Below are positions 12,963 through 26,669 of a DNA stretch of 64,000 bases, piece after piece; the stretch's first letter is position 1; every line of letters starts with the position of its first letter. Under the pieces are notes generated by a model. It saw nothing but the letters and a program-made list of their open reading frames with translations. It had not been told where the DNA came from and searched no databases. The stretch comes from Octopus vulgaris (Eukaryota), in contig OX597840.1 of NCBI GenBank assembly GCA_951406725.2, positions 39,308,001-39,372,000 on the forward strand. The letters run 5' to 3'. The translations under genes were made by a program, and so were the position numbers.

Positions 12963-14327
12963 GATAGATATTTTGTATAAACTCCGCCAACCTCACTCAC
13001 GCATATACATATATGTGTATAAGACCTTACATAAACACATATATACTAATGTATAAGCACATTATTATATATGCATACACACATATACCCATATATGCAT
13101 ATGTATTTATATGAGTGTGTATGGTTATGTAATACGTAGATAAATGACATAGAAATGTTACCGACGTAAAAAGACATGTGGTATTTTTATACATAAGTAT
13201 ATCCATATCGTATGTGTGTGTCTTAAATAAATATATATATATTTATCCATATATGTGCGTGTGTATACGAAAATGTGTGTATTTATATATTTCTCTGCTG
13301 CTGTGTCATTCTGGTTCAAAGACGAAGTGTAACAAGAAATCTACGGCTATCAAAAGCTATAACACACATGAAAAGATAAAAATAATGAACACATCTGATA
13401 GAATTCGAAATACCAGTATTGGAATAAAACTCATTCGCGATTGGAAATATATAAATGTCTAACTGCATATGGTTATGAAGAATTTTTCGTTCGATTTTCA
13501 TGCCATTTGAACTAGAAATATAACTCTCTGCTAAGAATTGGTTGATAATATCAGACAGATTGATGTTTTGAATATTACGTTGCTATGACAACAACGCCAA
13601 AACTAACAAGAATAATAACGGTAAGGAGAAAAACGGGTACAAAAGTTCGGTTGCCTAGATTTGATGAAAACAAAAAGGAAAACTGGAATATTCGAAATGT
13701 TCCATAAAATAGAAAATATATCATAGCTTCTGTAAACGTATCAAATATTTAAGGAGCATTGAAGGAGTAAAAATCGAAGATAGTTATTGATATATGCGAT
13801 CGATTGCTTTATTAAGGGGGAAAAAAAACTCACCAAAATAAAAGGATTTTTTTACGGAAATTAGAAATAAATGCACCGAAGTTGGAACATTCCTTCTCAC
13901 TCTCTCACTCTTTCTCTCTCTCTCTCTCACTCTCACTCTCACACTCACACACAAACATGCGTACACACGCACAGAGAGAAACCATCAAATGTTTATGCAT
14001 ATATATAATTATCTACATAAGAATAGACACAAATACATACGCGTATCTACATGTATAAAAACGCCTGTGTGTGTGTATATATGAATGTATGTGTGCTTGT
14101 GCGTGTGCATGTCTGTGTGAGTGTGCGAATATTACATATATATACACACATATATGTATCTATGTGTATATATTTGTATATATATATTTATATATATATT
14201 GTGTATCTATCTATCCATCTATCTCTCTCTATATATATATATTTATACATGCGGTATATACATATATATATCATATATATCGTATACATCTTTTTATATA
14301 CACATATTTTATATACATATCTATATT

Positions 14328-14400
<73 letters not shown>

Positions 14401-15049
14401 GTATATATATATATATACATATATATACATATACATATTTATATGGATAGTTGCTTGACGGAAAGTAGACGGTGTCTTCGAAATTAATTCACGACTAGCT
14501 AGAAAAACTAGACTGCTATCATTCACCTCAGAAGTGACTAGACGTTAAACAAGGAACGCCATGTTGGATAATGAAATCGTAGATGCGTCTGATAGAAATG
14601 CAGGGTGGTCACGACAGGAAGTCTTTGATCTTAGGTCTCTTAGATCACGGTTGTATAAATGCCTAACTAAATGAGGTATTAAAAAAATTAGCCGATATCA
14701 TGTCGAAATCGATAGTCGACCAACGGAAATCGAATACCAACACAAGTGTAATGGCGGGTCGATATTCATGTTTACAAAAGTGTACGTATGTATTCGCATG
14801 CACATCTTATATTTATTATTAATGCAAACTGATAAAATGAGAACATGATTCAAAATGTCCTTGCCAGGAACCTTACATATCTATATTTTGCGCTTCACAC
14901 ATACGTGCACGCCCGCACAAGCACAAACGCTCTCGCATACGAGGACATCGGAGCGCACAGGCCTACGCACGTATTTATGTTTACATATTTAGTGCATATT
15001 TGCATGAGAATGTGTTTAGATATGCATATATATATATATATATATATAT

Positions 15050-15290
15050 AAGAAATGTTTGCGTAATAAGATAAAAAACCAAGGCTGTATAGATATTAGA
15101 GCATTTATAGATAGAATGTCTTACAGCTGTTTCTAGGATATTAATTAATAATATCCCTTCATCGGAGATATTATTAATATCGCAGGGACATATTAATTAA
15201 TATCCTAGAAACAGCTGTAAGATGTTCTATCTATAAATGCTCTAATATATTTACAGCCTTGGTTTTTTATCTTATTACGCAAAAATTCTT
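15050..15290. repeat. long inverted repeat (~100-bp arms) containing a hammerhead-like motif
   Basis: Left arm ttgcgtaataagataaaaaaccaaggctgta...tattaattaata is the near-perfect reverse complement of the right arm; short spacer ~15151-15190. Confidence 0.9.
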
Positions 15291-15415
15291 ATATACACAC
15301 GCTGTAATAGGACCAACGTTGAACACTGTATTTTCAATATTACCGAATCTGGAACTTTACTATGGTATGTCTATACCACTTATTCCGCATTACCTCACAC
15401 ACACACACACACTCC

Positions 15416-15469
<54 letters not shown>

Positions 15470-15472
<3 letters not shown>

Positions 15473-15636
15473 GACGGGCTTCTTTCCTGTTTCCGTCTAC
15501 CAAATCCACTCACAAAGCTTTGGTTGGCCTGAATTTATCATAGAAGACACTTGCCCAAGGTGCCAAGCAGTGGGACTGAACCCAGAACCATGTGGTTGGG
15601 AAGCAAGCTTCTTGCCATACAGCCATGCCTGTACCT
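15470..15636 (-). mobile_element. SINE family A, 5' half
   Basis: acgacgggct...agaagacacttgcccaaggtgcca..cagtgggactgaaccc..aaccatgtggttg. Confidence 0.85.
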
Positions 15637-16177
15637 ATGGTAGTACAGAATCCTTGATAATTTTTGATACACGACCGCAGATGCAAAGATAGGCAAAGGA
15701 AATTATCTCGATACCCTTGTTAAATCCGTGCTTCTAGTATTCACTCCGAAAAGGCTAAATGGTTCGGTGACATCTTGAACTTAGACTGTAAAGGTCAAAC
15801 AAAAATGCCGCAAAGTATGTTGCCCGGTGCTGTAAGGTTTATGCCAAAAAGCCACCTTATAATTTTGGTTACTGATATCCCTTAAACACGCAGGTATTGA
15901 AAGAAGCGATTCGTTTTGTTCCATTATCAGAAAAATAAAATGAACCAATGGTAAGTGCGAAGCTACTGGTTGAATATAAGCCCTTAACTTCAACTTAAAG
16001 ATGGAAAGAGGAATATTTTCCTAATAAATATCTATCTGTTGATGTATTTAGAATTCACTCGTATAATATCAGGTTCTTTGTTTTACATATACACAAACAC
16101 ATACACACATACACATATATACAAGTAAGTATGTATGTATGTATGTATGTATGTATGTATGTATGTATGTATGTATG

Positions 16178-16532
16178 TATGCCTCAGTAAAGCTGGACTA
16201 AAGAGTCATCTTCGTAGTCATAAAACGAGACAGATGAGTGACAACCTGGCCACTGGGGGTGGTGTTACACACCATACTAATCATGTCTGTTGGGCATGTG
16301 GAAGAGAGTGTAATTCGGCAGGAGGACTTAAACGACATGCAAAGGTACATGAAGCCCAGTTACAACTACAGCCGGCTATTACCGGTAAAGTTTTTAGTTG
16401 CCAATTCTGAACAAGACATTGTAGGTCTTTAGCTGGGCTAAAAAGTCACATTCGATCACAGCACCAGTAACAGTTAAGCTTCGTGCGATGGCCATACTGG
16501 ATAACGAGGGGTCAGCCATAATATAATAATAA
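16178..16532 (+). mobile_element. 5'-truncated LINE 3' end (RTE-like) encoding three C2H2-type zinc fingers
   Basis: CLSKAGLKSHLRSH / CWACGRECNSAGGLKRHAKVH / CQF*TRHCRSLAGLKSHIRSQH*, short 3' UTR and (ATA)n tail, flanked on both sides by (TATG)n. Confidence 0.7.
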
Positions 16533-16807
16533 TGTATGTATGTATGTATAAATATGGATAGGTTGGTGGTGATATACGTAAATAAATTTATATCCATGTA
16601 CCTAAATATTTATGTGCATATACATGATTCATGTATATGTATAGATATATATATAGCACATATAGGTTTGGTTATTTACCTTGCAGGTTGTGCTTACATG
16701 TGTGCGTGTGTGTGTGTTTGTGTGTGCGTGTGTGTGTATGTGTGTGCGTTTGTGTGTGTGAGCGTGTGTGTGTGTGTATGGGTGTGTGTGTGTGGCTGTG
16801 TGTGTGT

Positions 16808-17161
16808 CACACCGTCGGTTTCGACGATGATGTTTGCAGTCGATACGATCAAGAGAACAGCCTGTTCGAGACATTAAGGTGAAAGTTGCTAAGCTCTCCG
16901 CAGACACACGTACCCTTAATGTAACACAGAGTGTGACAAGGCTGGCCCTTCGAAATACAGGCACAACAGAAACAGGAAGAGAGAGTGAGAGAAAGTTGTG
17001 GTGAAAGAGTACAGCAGGGATCGCCAACAACCCCTGCCGGAGCCTCATGCAACTTTAGCTATTTTCGATCGATAAACGCTCATAATACATGGTCTTGGAG
17101 TCGGAACCGTGATCCTACGACCGCGAGTCTGTTGCCTTAACCACTGGGCCATTGCGCCTCC
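16808..17161 (-). mobile_element. tRNA-derived SINE, family C
   Basis: Reverse complement matches 49210-49593 (gaggcgcaatggcccagtggttaaggca.cagactcgcggtcgtaggatc...). Confidence 0.88.
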
Positions 17162-17175
17162 ACACACACACAAAC

Positions 17176-17222
<47 letters not shown>

Positions 17223-17833
17223 CATACATATATACACGTGTGCGTAAGTATGTGTTTAAATTTATATATACACATATATACATATATAAATATATATGAA
17301 TATATATATATATATGCATATAAATATATATTTGTATATGTATATATATATGTATGTATATATATATATTTATTTGATTTAGAACAGTGATATACTATAA
17401 TGTATGTGTATGTGTGTGAACATTTGTGTATCGTATCTACAATATATAAGTGTGCACGTACAGCGTATAAATCAATTTGAAAGAAGAAATATAGACGCGA
17501 AACCCTATTATTTTTGAAGCAGCGTGTGAAGAGGGGGGGGGGGGGCTCTAGTGCCGTTTCTTCCAATTTAACTATGTATTCCCTTAATAGTGTTGCCATC
17601 TCTCGATGTTTATGGAGAAAATTGAAATCTTCATAAATTGTCTTCTAAATATGTGAGCAGCTATCGAGTTACAGGTATTTAATGGGTATTTTTAAGGGGG
17701 ATTATTAAGAAGATGGTTTCTTCTGTGACGTTTAATTCCTCAACTTCCATTTATTATGTGATTTATCTCCCTGCTTGTTTAAGGTAATGCTATATTAGGA
17801 AGCGTACGGCCTATGTACAAGTGTTTATATATG

Positions 17834-17867
<34 letters not shown>

Positions 17868-18126
17868 CTTGTGTCTAAGTGTATATATGTGCGCATATAA
17901 ATGCTAGGTTAATATACATATCTACAGGCATATATGTGTGTGTTTCTTTCTCACCACCTCTCTCTTTCTATCTCTCTTCTCCCCATTTCTTTCCCTGTTC
18001 CTCTCTCTCCTTCTGTCTCTCTCTTTTTCATATATATGTATACACAAAAATATGTAAATTTATAAATACATATATATACACACACATACATATATAGATA
18101 CAAATGCATATTTATAAGCATACATG

Positions 18127-18165
<39 letters not shown>

Positions 18166-18173
18166 GTGTACAT

Positions 18174-18205
<32 letters not shown>

Positions 18206-18210
18206 TTATT

Positions 18211-18241
<31 letters not shown>

Positions 18242-18427
18242 GCATATATATATATATTTGTGTGTGCTTGCGTGTATATGTGCGTATATATAATATTTAA
18301 ATATATATATGTAAGTTTATATATATGCTTGTGTATGTGCGTGCGTCAGTGCGTGTTCGTTTGTTTGTGTGTGTGTGTGTGTGTGTGTCTGTGTGTGTGT
18401 CTGTGTGTGTCTGTGTGTCTGTGTGTC

Positions 18428-18458
<31 letters not shown>

Positions 18459-18944
18459 GATTGTGTATGTGTGTGTGTGTGTCTGTGTGTGTGTGTCTGT
18501 GTGTGTCTCTCTGTGTGTGTGTATGCCTGCTTATTCATACAGGCACCTAAGTGTTTGAATGCATACGCTGATAAAATTTATATATTCCGACAGGATATAA
18601 ACACCGCAGAGAAGATATCACCCTCGCCATTTTATATATTCGAGAAATATACTTAACGCTCTTTTTGAAAGTTGAATAACCATTCCTTGAACTGTTTGGT
18701 CATGAAGGACAGAAGAACATACGCGCGAAGCATTCTGATTTCTTTAAACACTTGAAATCGAAATGTTGATACAGCTTGACCTTTGCTGCTCTTTCAACTG
18801 CTGGTGTTTGCTGAGAGAATGAAGGAAGGAATTTTAAGAAACTTAATAGTTCTCTTCAAATGAAATTAGTATCTCAACCTTATGTCGGAAATCCAATATA
18901 TACTGCAGACAAGAAATAAAAGGAAATAGTTAACCATACATATG

Positions 18945-19052
<108 letters not shown>

Positions 19053-19139
19053 CATACATACATATATACATACATACCTATAAGCGGAGAAGTAACTGTG
19101 TGACATGTAGTTTATATATATATATAAATGATTATATTA

Positions 19140-19324
19140 AGTATTATATTAATTATTTTTATTTTTATGCTTTGGTTTATGTTTTTCAATGTGTGATTTG
19201 CCTAATAGTGGTTTTATCTCTAATTTAATGTATATATATATGTACAATAATACTTTAATTGTTCCACGTCCTGCGTTGATGTGTTTTTTTCTCTTTTTTT
19301 CTGTGTTTTCTTGTTTGGATTAAC

Positions 19325-19330
<6 letters not shown>
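19140..19330 (+). mobile_element. two adjacent TA-associated repeat fragments
   Basis: 19240-19330 matches the 3' half of the 2781-2990 element; 19140-19230 (gatttgcctaatagtggtttt.tc.ctaat) is the reverse complement of ~55230-55285. Confidence 0.65.
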
Positions 19331-19404
<74 letters not shown>

Positions 19405-19744
19405 AATGAAATAAGGAAGATGGAATATACGAGAATTTATTATTAATCACGACAATTCTTTCGACACATCTAGCAGCGATTCCTCATGGGTGGGACACTT
19501 AACAGCTGGTTCAGGAGCATCCGGTGGTGCAGTTGTATCTCGTCGGGTGTTAAATATATACAACTCGTTAAAATGACTCTTTCGCAATGTAACTTTCCGT
19601 TTTGTAGAAAGAAAAGCAGCTGGACGGAGGGAAATGTCTTCATTTATATAGAAGATCAAAAATAAAATCCCAGATTACGAATAGAGAAAAAACCACGCAA
19701 TCCAGCAAGAAAAGTATGCAAAATAACTGTTAAAAAATACGGAT

Positions 19745-19905
19745 GGTCGGCCCGAGGCTATAATAGAAAGCACTTGCCCAAGTTACCACTCAGTGGGACT
19801 GAACCCAGAACCATGTGGTTGGGAAGCAAGCTTCTTACCACACAGCCACTATATTTTACATGTTTCAGTCTTTGGTCTGCGGTGGCCATGCTGGGGCACC
19901 GTCAA
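19745..19905 (-). mobile_element. SINE family A fragments (head plus displaced tail piece)
   Basis: ggtcggcccgaggcta..cacttgcccaag..cagtgggactgaaccc..ccacacagccac, followed by tgtttcagtc..ggccatgctggggcacc. Confidence 0.75.
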
Positions 19906-20124
19906 TGAAGTGTTTCACGTCGACGAAATCTCGACAAGTAATTAGTTTTTGAAAAGTTTGGACACTCACGCGCAGAGAGAATCAACCCAGAAATTGAGAA
20001 GTAAACTAACTACCACAGACACATACGGATGGCTATGCATTATGTGTGCGTGAGTGTGCGTGTGTGTGTGTGTGTGTGGCTGTAGATATATATATATGCA
20101 TGTATATATATATATATATATATG

Positions 20125-20340
<216 letters not shown>

Positions 20341-20829
20341 TTGTGTGTGTGTGTGTGTATTACTTACCGAATCAATGATGTACGGTTTTAGGTAAACATC
20401 AGAATCTGAAGGATATTAATTCGCATGCTCTGTACTGAATACTTAAGTTAACTACATATGTGTATCTATGTATATATATATATATACATATATATATATA
20501 CGTACACATACACACAGATATATATCTACATATATACACATATGTGTGTTTCTGTTTGGGTGTGCATGTATGTAGAGGTGTGTGCGTTTGGGTGTTTGTA
20601 TCTCTGTATGGATATTTGCAAAGCACCTGCATTAACTATACACAAGTACGCACACGTGTGTTTGGATTTCGACTTTTAATAGCCTTGATATAGCTTTGTA
20701 GGAATGACAGGTTTTAAGAGCCAATCAAGAGATATGTAAATCAAGCCGAATCCATAAGACCACGCACGTTACATTTGGCGTTTCAATCTCTTTCACCTCG
20801 TGGCTATTTAATTTATTATTGACAGTTCA

Positions 20830-20912
<83 letters not shown>

Positions 20913-20921
20913 TGTGTACAC

Positions 20922-21024
<103 letters not shown>

Positions 21025-21170
21025 TAGTGAAAGCTCCAAAGTTTATCAGTAACTTTGCAAATCACACACACACACACCCAAAATACACACATTCATCACA
21101 CACACACACACACATACATTATGTTTGTATTCAAGTATGTATGTATGTATCTATGTATACATATACATAC

Positions 21171-21202
<32 letters not shown>

Positions 21203-21440
21203 ATGTATGTATGTACGTATGTATGTATCAATCTGTCTATGTATCTATATATATATATGTATATATATATACATTCATATATATATATATGTATATATAT
21301 ATACATATATACATAGATATATACATACATACATGCATACAAACATAAATACAAACATACATGGATGTGTCTTTGTCTGCGTGTGTTGAATGCGTGTGTG
21401 TGCGTGCGTTTGCGTGTATGTGTGCGTGTGTGAGTGACTG

Positions 21441-21475
<35 letters not shown>

Positions 21476-21821
21476 ATGTGTGTGTGTGCCTGTGTGTGTG
21501 TTTTCCAAGCTTACTGATATACTTTGGAGTTTTCACTACAATTTTGATCTGAAGTATAGAATGCAATTTTCGTGTGAAAACTCAGTTTTATGGTACCTCA
21601 ATTCTGATGAAGTGTAAGCTTCATTGCCCTAATCACTTCAGTACTGCGGCGTAGAGAATACACTCATACACAAACCAAAACACAGGCACATGCGTATACA
21701 CTCAGATCGGATAATCAAATGCATCCATAGATATAGAGGTGTGGATGGGGTTTGTGGCAATACTTACTTGTACATAGACACACGTCGACATGTGTACAAG
21801 GAAACACATTGATATATATAT

Positions 21822-21883
<62 letters not shown>

Positions 21884-21884
<1 letters not shown>

Positions 21885-22690
21885 TAGCAGCATAGCCCGG
21901 CGTTGCCTGGGTATGTAAGAGCCCCTATTAGGCAACGACTAATCCCAATCTAGTTCTTTCACTCTAGGGAACGAAGGCGCATATGTAGGTTGCAATGTCT
22001 TCTCTTCACTCACAAATAACTATCAAACAGCTATCGATAATTCAACCCAACCAATTCCTACCAGGAAGAAATTACATTCGAGACTTTACCCCCAACACCG
22101 CCACTTCTGCCAATAGCTGCTGCAGCCGCAAGTTATTCGAGTCCTATTTTTGTTTACACTTTCTTTATAACTACTACCCCAAACCTTTTACCTTAAATTT
22201 TTGACGTACCCTAAGGGTCCTCGGACGCTACTTGCAAACTCTTGGTTTATTATAAACCGCTTTTGTCGTGTGCATCAAAAAACCTTTTCCATTCGTTTGT
22301 TCAGTTTGGTCACTTTTGACGGTGAGTGACGGTGTTGTCACTCACATTGTTGCCCGCTTTTTTGCCGTTTTTGTACATTTTTATACATTTTGGGATACTT
22401 ACCCCACGTGTTCCGAGAGTTAAAAAGGTCAAGTTGCGTCCCATAGATAGTCTGTAGAAAATGTGTTGCATATAAAAAGCTTAGATTCTCGACACATGTC
22501 GAATTTATCGATTTTTTTTTCAGAACTGGGGGAACTTTTCAAAATTTTCGCTGCGTTAGTTTTGAATTATGACATTGGGCTACGTGTGTGTCGAGTTTTA
22601 TCAGAATCGCTTGAAAGCCGTGGTCACGGTGAGGGTACAACCTGACAGAGACACAGACACACAGACAGACAAGCTGCCGTTTATATATAT
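21884..22690 (-). mobile_element. non-autonomous Helitron-like element (~800 bp) in a (TA)n tract
   Basis: Minus-strand 3' end cccaggcaacgccgggctatgctgCTAG|t with subterminal hairpin-like segment; opposite end acagacacacagacagac..tttatatatata as in 2193-2485. Confidence 0.72.
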
Positions 22691-22703
22691 ACATATATAT
22701 ATA

Positions 22704-23100
22704 TCTTTTTACTCTTTTACTTGTTTCAGTCATTTGACTGCGGCCATGCTGGAGCACCAACTTTTAGTCGAGCAAATCGACCCCGGGACTTATTCTTTGT
22801 AAGCCCAGTACTTATTCTATCGGTCTCTTTTGCCGAACCGCTAAGTGACGGGGACGTAAACACACCAGCATCGGTTGTCAAGCAATGCTAGGGGGACAAA
22901 CACAGACACACAAACACACACATACATATATATATATACATATATACGACAGGCTTCTTTCAGTTTCCGTCTACCAAATCCACTCACAAGGCATTGGTCG
23001 GCCCGGGGCTATAGCAGAAGACACTTGCCCAAGGTGCCACGCAGTGGGACTGAACCCGGAACCATGTGGTTTGTTCGCAAGCCACTTACCACACAGCCAC
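22704..23100 (-). mobile_element. near full-length SINE family A
   Basis: Colinear and highly similar to 5936-6346 and 60011-60445. Confidence 0.92.
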
Positions 23101-23439
23101 AAGTGTATGTGTGTGTGTGTGTAGAAGGTTGAAAAGGAACACACGAGTTGATATATTTGGAAAAAATTTGAAAATACTAAAATTAATTTTTATGAAAAAC
23201 ATTTCTGTACCGGTTTCAGCCAACAGACATTTTCAACTGTAAGTATGAAAAATAATTAAATTTTGGCAAAATTAAAAGAAATTTTTTTTTTACAGAATAT
23301 TTGCATTGTGTTCAAATACAAGGGGTATTTTCTTTGTGACCCTTGTTTACTCTTGTGAGTTCGAGGTCGTTAGGAATTCTTGGCAGGGTAGAAGAAGAAA
23401 TAACAGGAGAGGAGGAGAATGAGGGACTGTCCTCCCGCA

Positions 23440-23622
23440 TTCTTCTTTTTCTTCTTCTTCTTCTTTTTCTTCTCCTCTTTCCTTTTCTTCTCCTCCTCCT
23501 CCTTCTTCTTCTACTTTCTCTACTCCTCCTGCTCCTCCTCCTCCTTCTTCTGCTTCTTCTTTTTCTTCTTTTTCTTCCTTTTCTTCTTGTTCTTCTTGTT
23601 CTTCATCTTCTTCTCCTCCTAG
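23440..23622. repeat. polypyrimidine (CTT/CCT)n tract
   Basis: Seen directly; explains the Leu/Phe-rich ORFs. Confidence 0.9.
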
Positions 23623-24017
23623 TTTGACGTTTGCGAAGGTGAGAATGCCTTTTACGTTTCGAGCCTCGGCTCTTCAAACAGAGAGGAACACAGAAATAAA
23701 CAGATAAAGAGTGACCTGTGTGTATGTGTGTGTGCGTGTATGTACGTATGTGATACTAAAGTGAGAGATATATTCAATACAGCTTTAATAGTATATACAT
23801 AACTAAACTAAACTAAGTTATATATGAATATCAATATTCATAGATGTATATACACAAATATAATTAAATACGCACCCACACACAAACTTACATTATTGTT
23901 TAGTTATATATATGTATATATATATATATATATATATTGTGTACATATATATATATATATGTACTTATATTTATATACATTATTGTGTACTTATATATGT
24001 ACTTATATAGTGTGTGC

Positions 24018-24057
<40 letters not shown>

Positions 24058-24528
24058 AAATATATAAATATGTATGTATGTATTTATATATATATGGATA
24101 TATATATATATCCATAGGCACACACACTTAGTGTGGGCATGTATATACACCCACCTAACTATTTGCGTGCGTATATGAATGCTTGTTAATATGAAAGCAT
24201 CTATGCAGGTATGAATGTTTACCTGTATATACGGGTGAGACAAGTTTCGTTTCCTTCATGTAAAGTTTCATATATAGAAAGAAAACCAAACAAAAAAAGA
24301 AAAACAAAAACAGACACAAGAACAAAACAAACTTAGCGGTACGATAATTAGAGGTTATTAAAATAATTACCAAACTGAAATAAATGCTGAATATGATGAT
24401 CGATAGGAGATCGATCGCAATCGCTTGAATGCGATCGCTTTAACCACCAAGCGATTACAATACAGAATGATATTTGCGTATTTATGTGTATATGTGTGTA
24501 TATGTGCGAGTGCGTGTGTGTATTATTC

Positions 24529-24622
24529 ATATATATGATGTGTATGTGTGTGTGCTTGAGTATATATACATATATATATATATATATATACTCAAGCACA
24601 CACACATACACATCATATATAT
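24529..24622. repeat. perfect fold-back palindrome centred on a TA tract
   Basis: atatatatgatgtgtatgtgtgtgtgcttgagtatatata ... tatatatactcaagcacacacacatacacatcatatatat. Confidence 0.92.
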
Positions 24623-24671
24623 ATATATACACACATATATCTATATCTATATCTATCTATCTATCTATCTA

Positions 24672-24734
<63 letters not shown>

Positions 24735-24740
24735 TTATAT

Positions 24741-24792
<52 letters not shown>

Positions 24793-24847
24793 TAACAGAA
24801 TCACTCCGTTGTATGTGTATACAGACTTACATATTCACACACACACA

Positions 24848-24891
<44 letters not shown>

Positions 24892-26669
24892 AACACACGC
24901 ATATACACATTTGCGTATGTATGGACGGACATTTGTATATTAATAAACAAAATCCGACAATTAGTAAGAACTCCAAAGACCAACTTTTTGCTTTATATTT
25001 CGGTTTTTGTTAACGTTTTATATATATTTTCGATGATTCGACGAAAAACGCTGACAATTTATTGTGTATCGGAACAAAAACGACCATAAACGGCGACAAT
25101 GCGCTTTTGTCAACAGAATTACGATACAAGACTTCTGGGAGACGAACACCGCAACGAATCGAATGGCGGAGCGCAACGATTATTAGCTTAATGCTTTTCG
25201 CTTTCTTTCTCAGTCTAGTGTCATTGATGACGACCAGCAGTAAACGTTTGAAACTATTGAATGAGATAATGAACGGAGAGCAACAGAGAGGTCCTTCATA
25301 CACACAATTTTACTTCGCTTTTATTAGCGAGTTATTTTCTCTGACGTTCTAAACACATTTTTGATGTTTTGTTTTTGAAGTGTAACTTATTATTGAAAGG
25401 CGGATGGACTTAATAAAGTGTTTGATCAGCTACTGAGAAGATGATTATATAGGAATCTAGCGATTTACCAATCTATCTACCGCTGTACTTCTCTGTATCT
25501 ACCTGTCTGTCTTTTCGCCTAACTACCTCTCTATCCACCTCTCTTCTGTCTCTGTATAAATGCCTCTGTGTGAGTCAGTATGTGTGTGTTTGTACACATA
25601 ACTTTATAGAGATTATATATACATACATACACACACACAAATATATATATATATACATACATATATATATATATATACATATATAAATACATATATGTTA
25701 TATTGTTATATATATATATATCAAATATTGTATATGTATATTATGGATATATACAGATATTTGATATATCATGTGTGTGTATATGTGTTTGTATTTGTGT
25801 GTGTGCTTTAGTTTGTGTGTGTAGCTACATACATAGCTATGTATATATGTATATATTTATACATTTATATTTATATATCTGTTTAAGTGTTTATGTATTT
25901 GTGTGCGCACATAAATAGACACATAAACATACATACATAAATACATACATATATATATATATATATATACATACATACATACATACATATATATACATAC
26001 ATACATATATACATACATACATAAATACATAAATACATACATACATAAACACATACATACATAAATACATACATACATACATACATATATATATATACAT
26101 ACATACATACATAAATACATAAATACATACATACATAAATACATACATACATACATAAATACATACACACAAACATACATACATACATACATACATACAC
26201 ACAAACATACATACATACATACACACACATACATACATACATACATACATACATACATACATACATACATACATACATACATACATACATACATACATAC
26301 ATACATACACACATACATCCGCCCATTTTCTACAACTGTCATTTTCCTGGTGGCAAAAAGACAAACTTATGAATTTAAATCGTTTGTCCATTTAATACGC
26401 TACTAATATGAAATACATTCAATTTAGACACCAATTCTATTTAAAAGAATTAGAAACCAATTTTTTTGTAATTCTCTCTTCATTTACAGGCAAATAGAAT
26501 TTACACTAGGTGCTTAGTAATTGGTATATTATAGAAAATTTAGAGGGTCTTGTTGAGTGAAAATTGAATAGATGATATTTTCAGATTGCTTATCTTTAAA
26601 TGTGGAATGTGTAGACTTTCTATTCTGCAACATCCGTATTTAGATTCTATGATATTTACACTTAATTAA

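Noticed and set aside
19447-19659. Protein-like 70-aa minus-strand ORF (APPDAPEPAVKCPTHEE)
   Set aside because: No convincing splice sites or family motif; cannot be supported without a search
21604-21645. CTGATGA hammerhead candidate
   Set aside because: No downstream stem II-GAAA-UH arrangement
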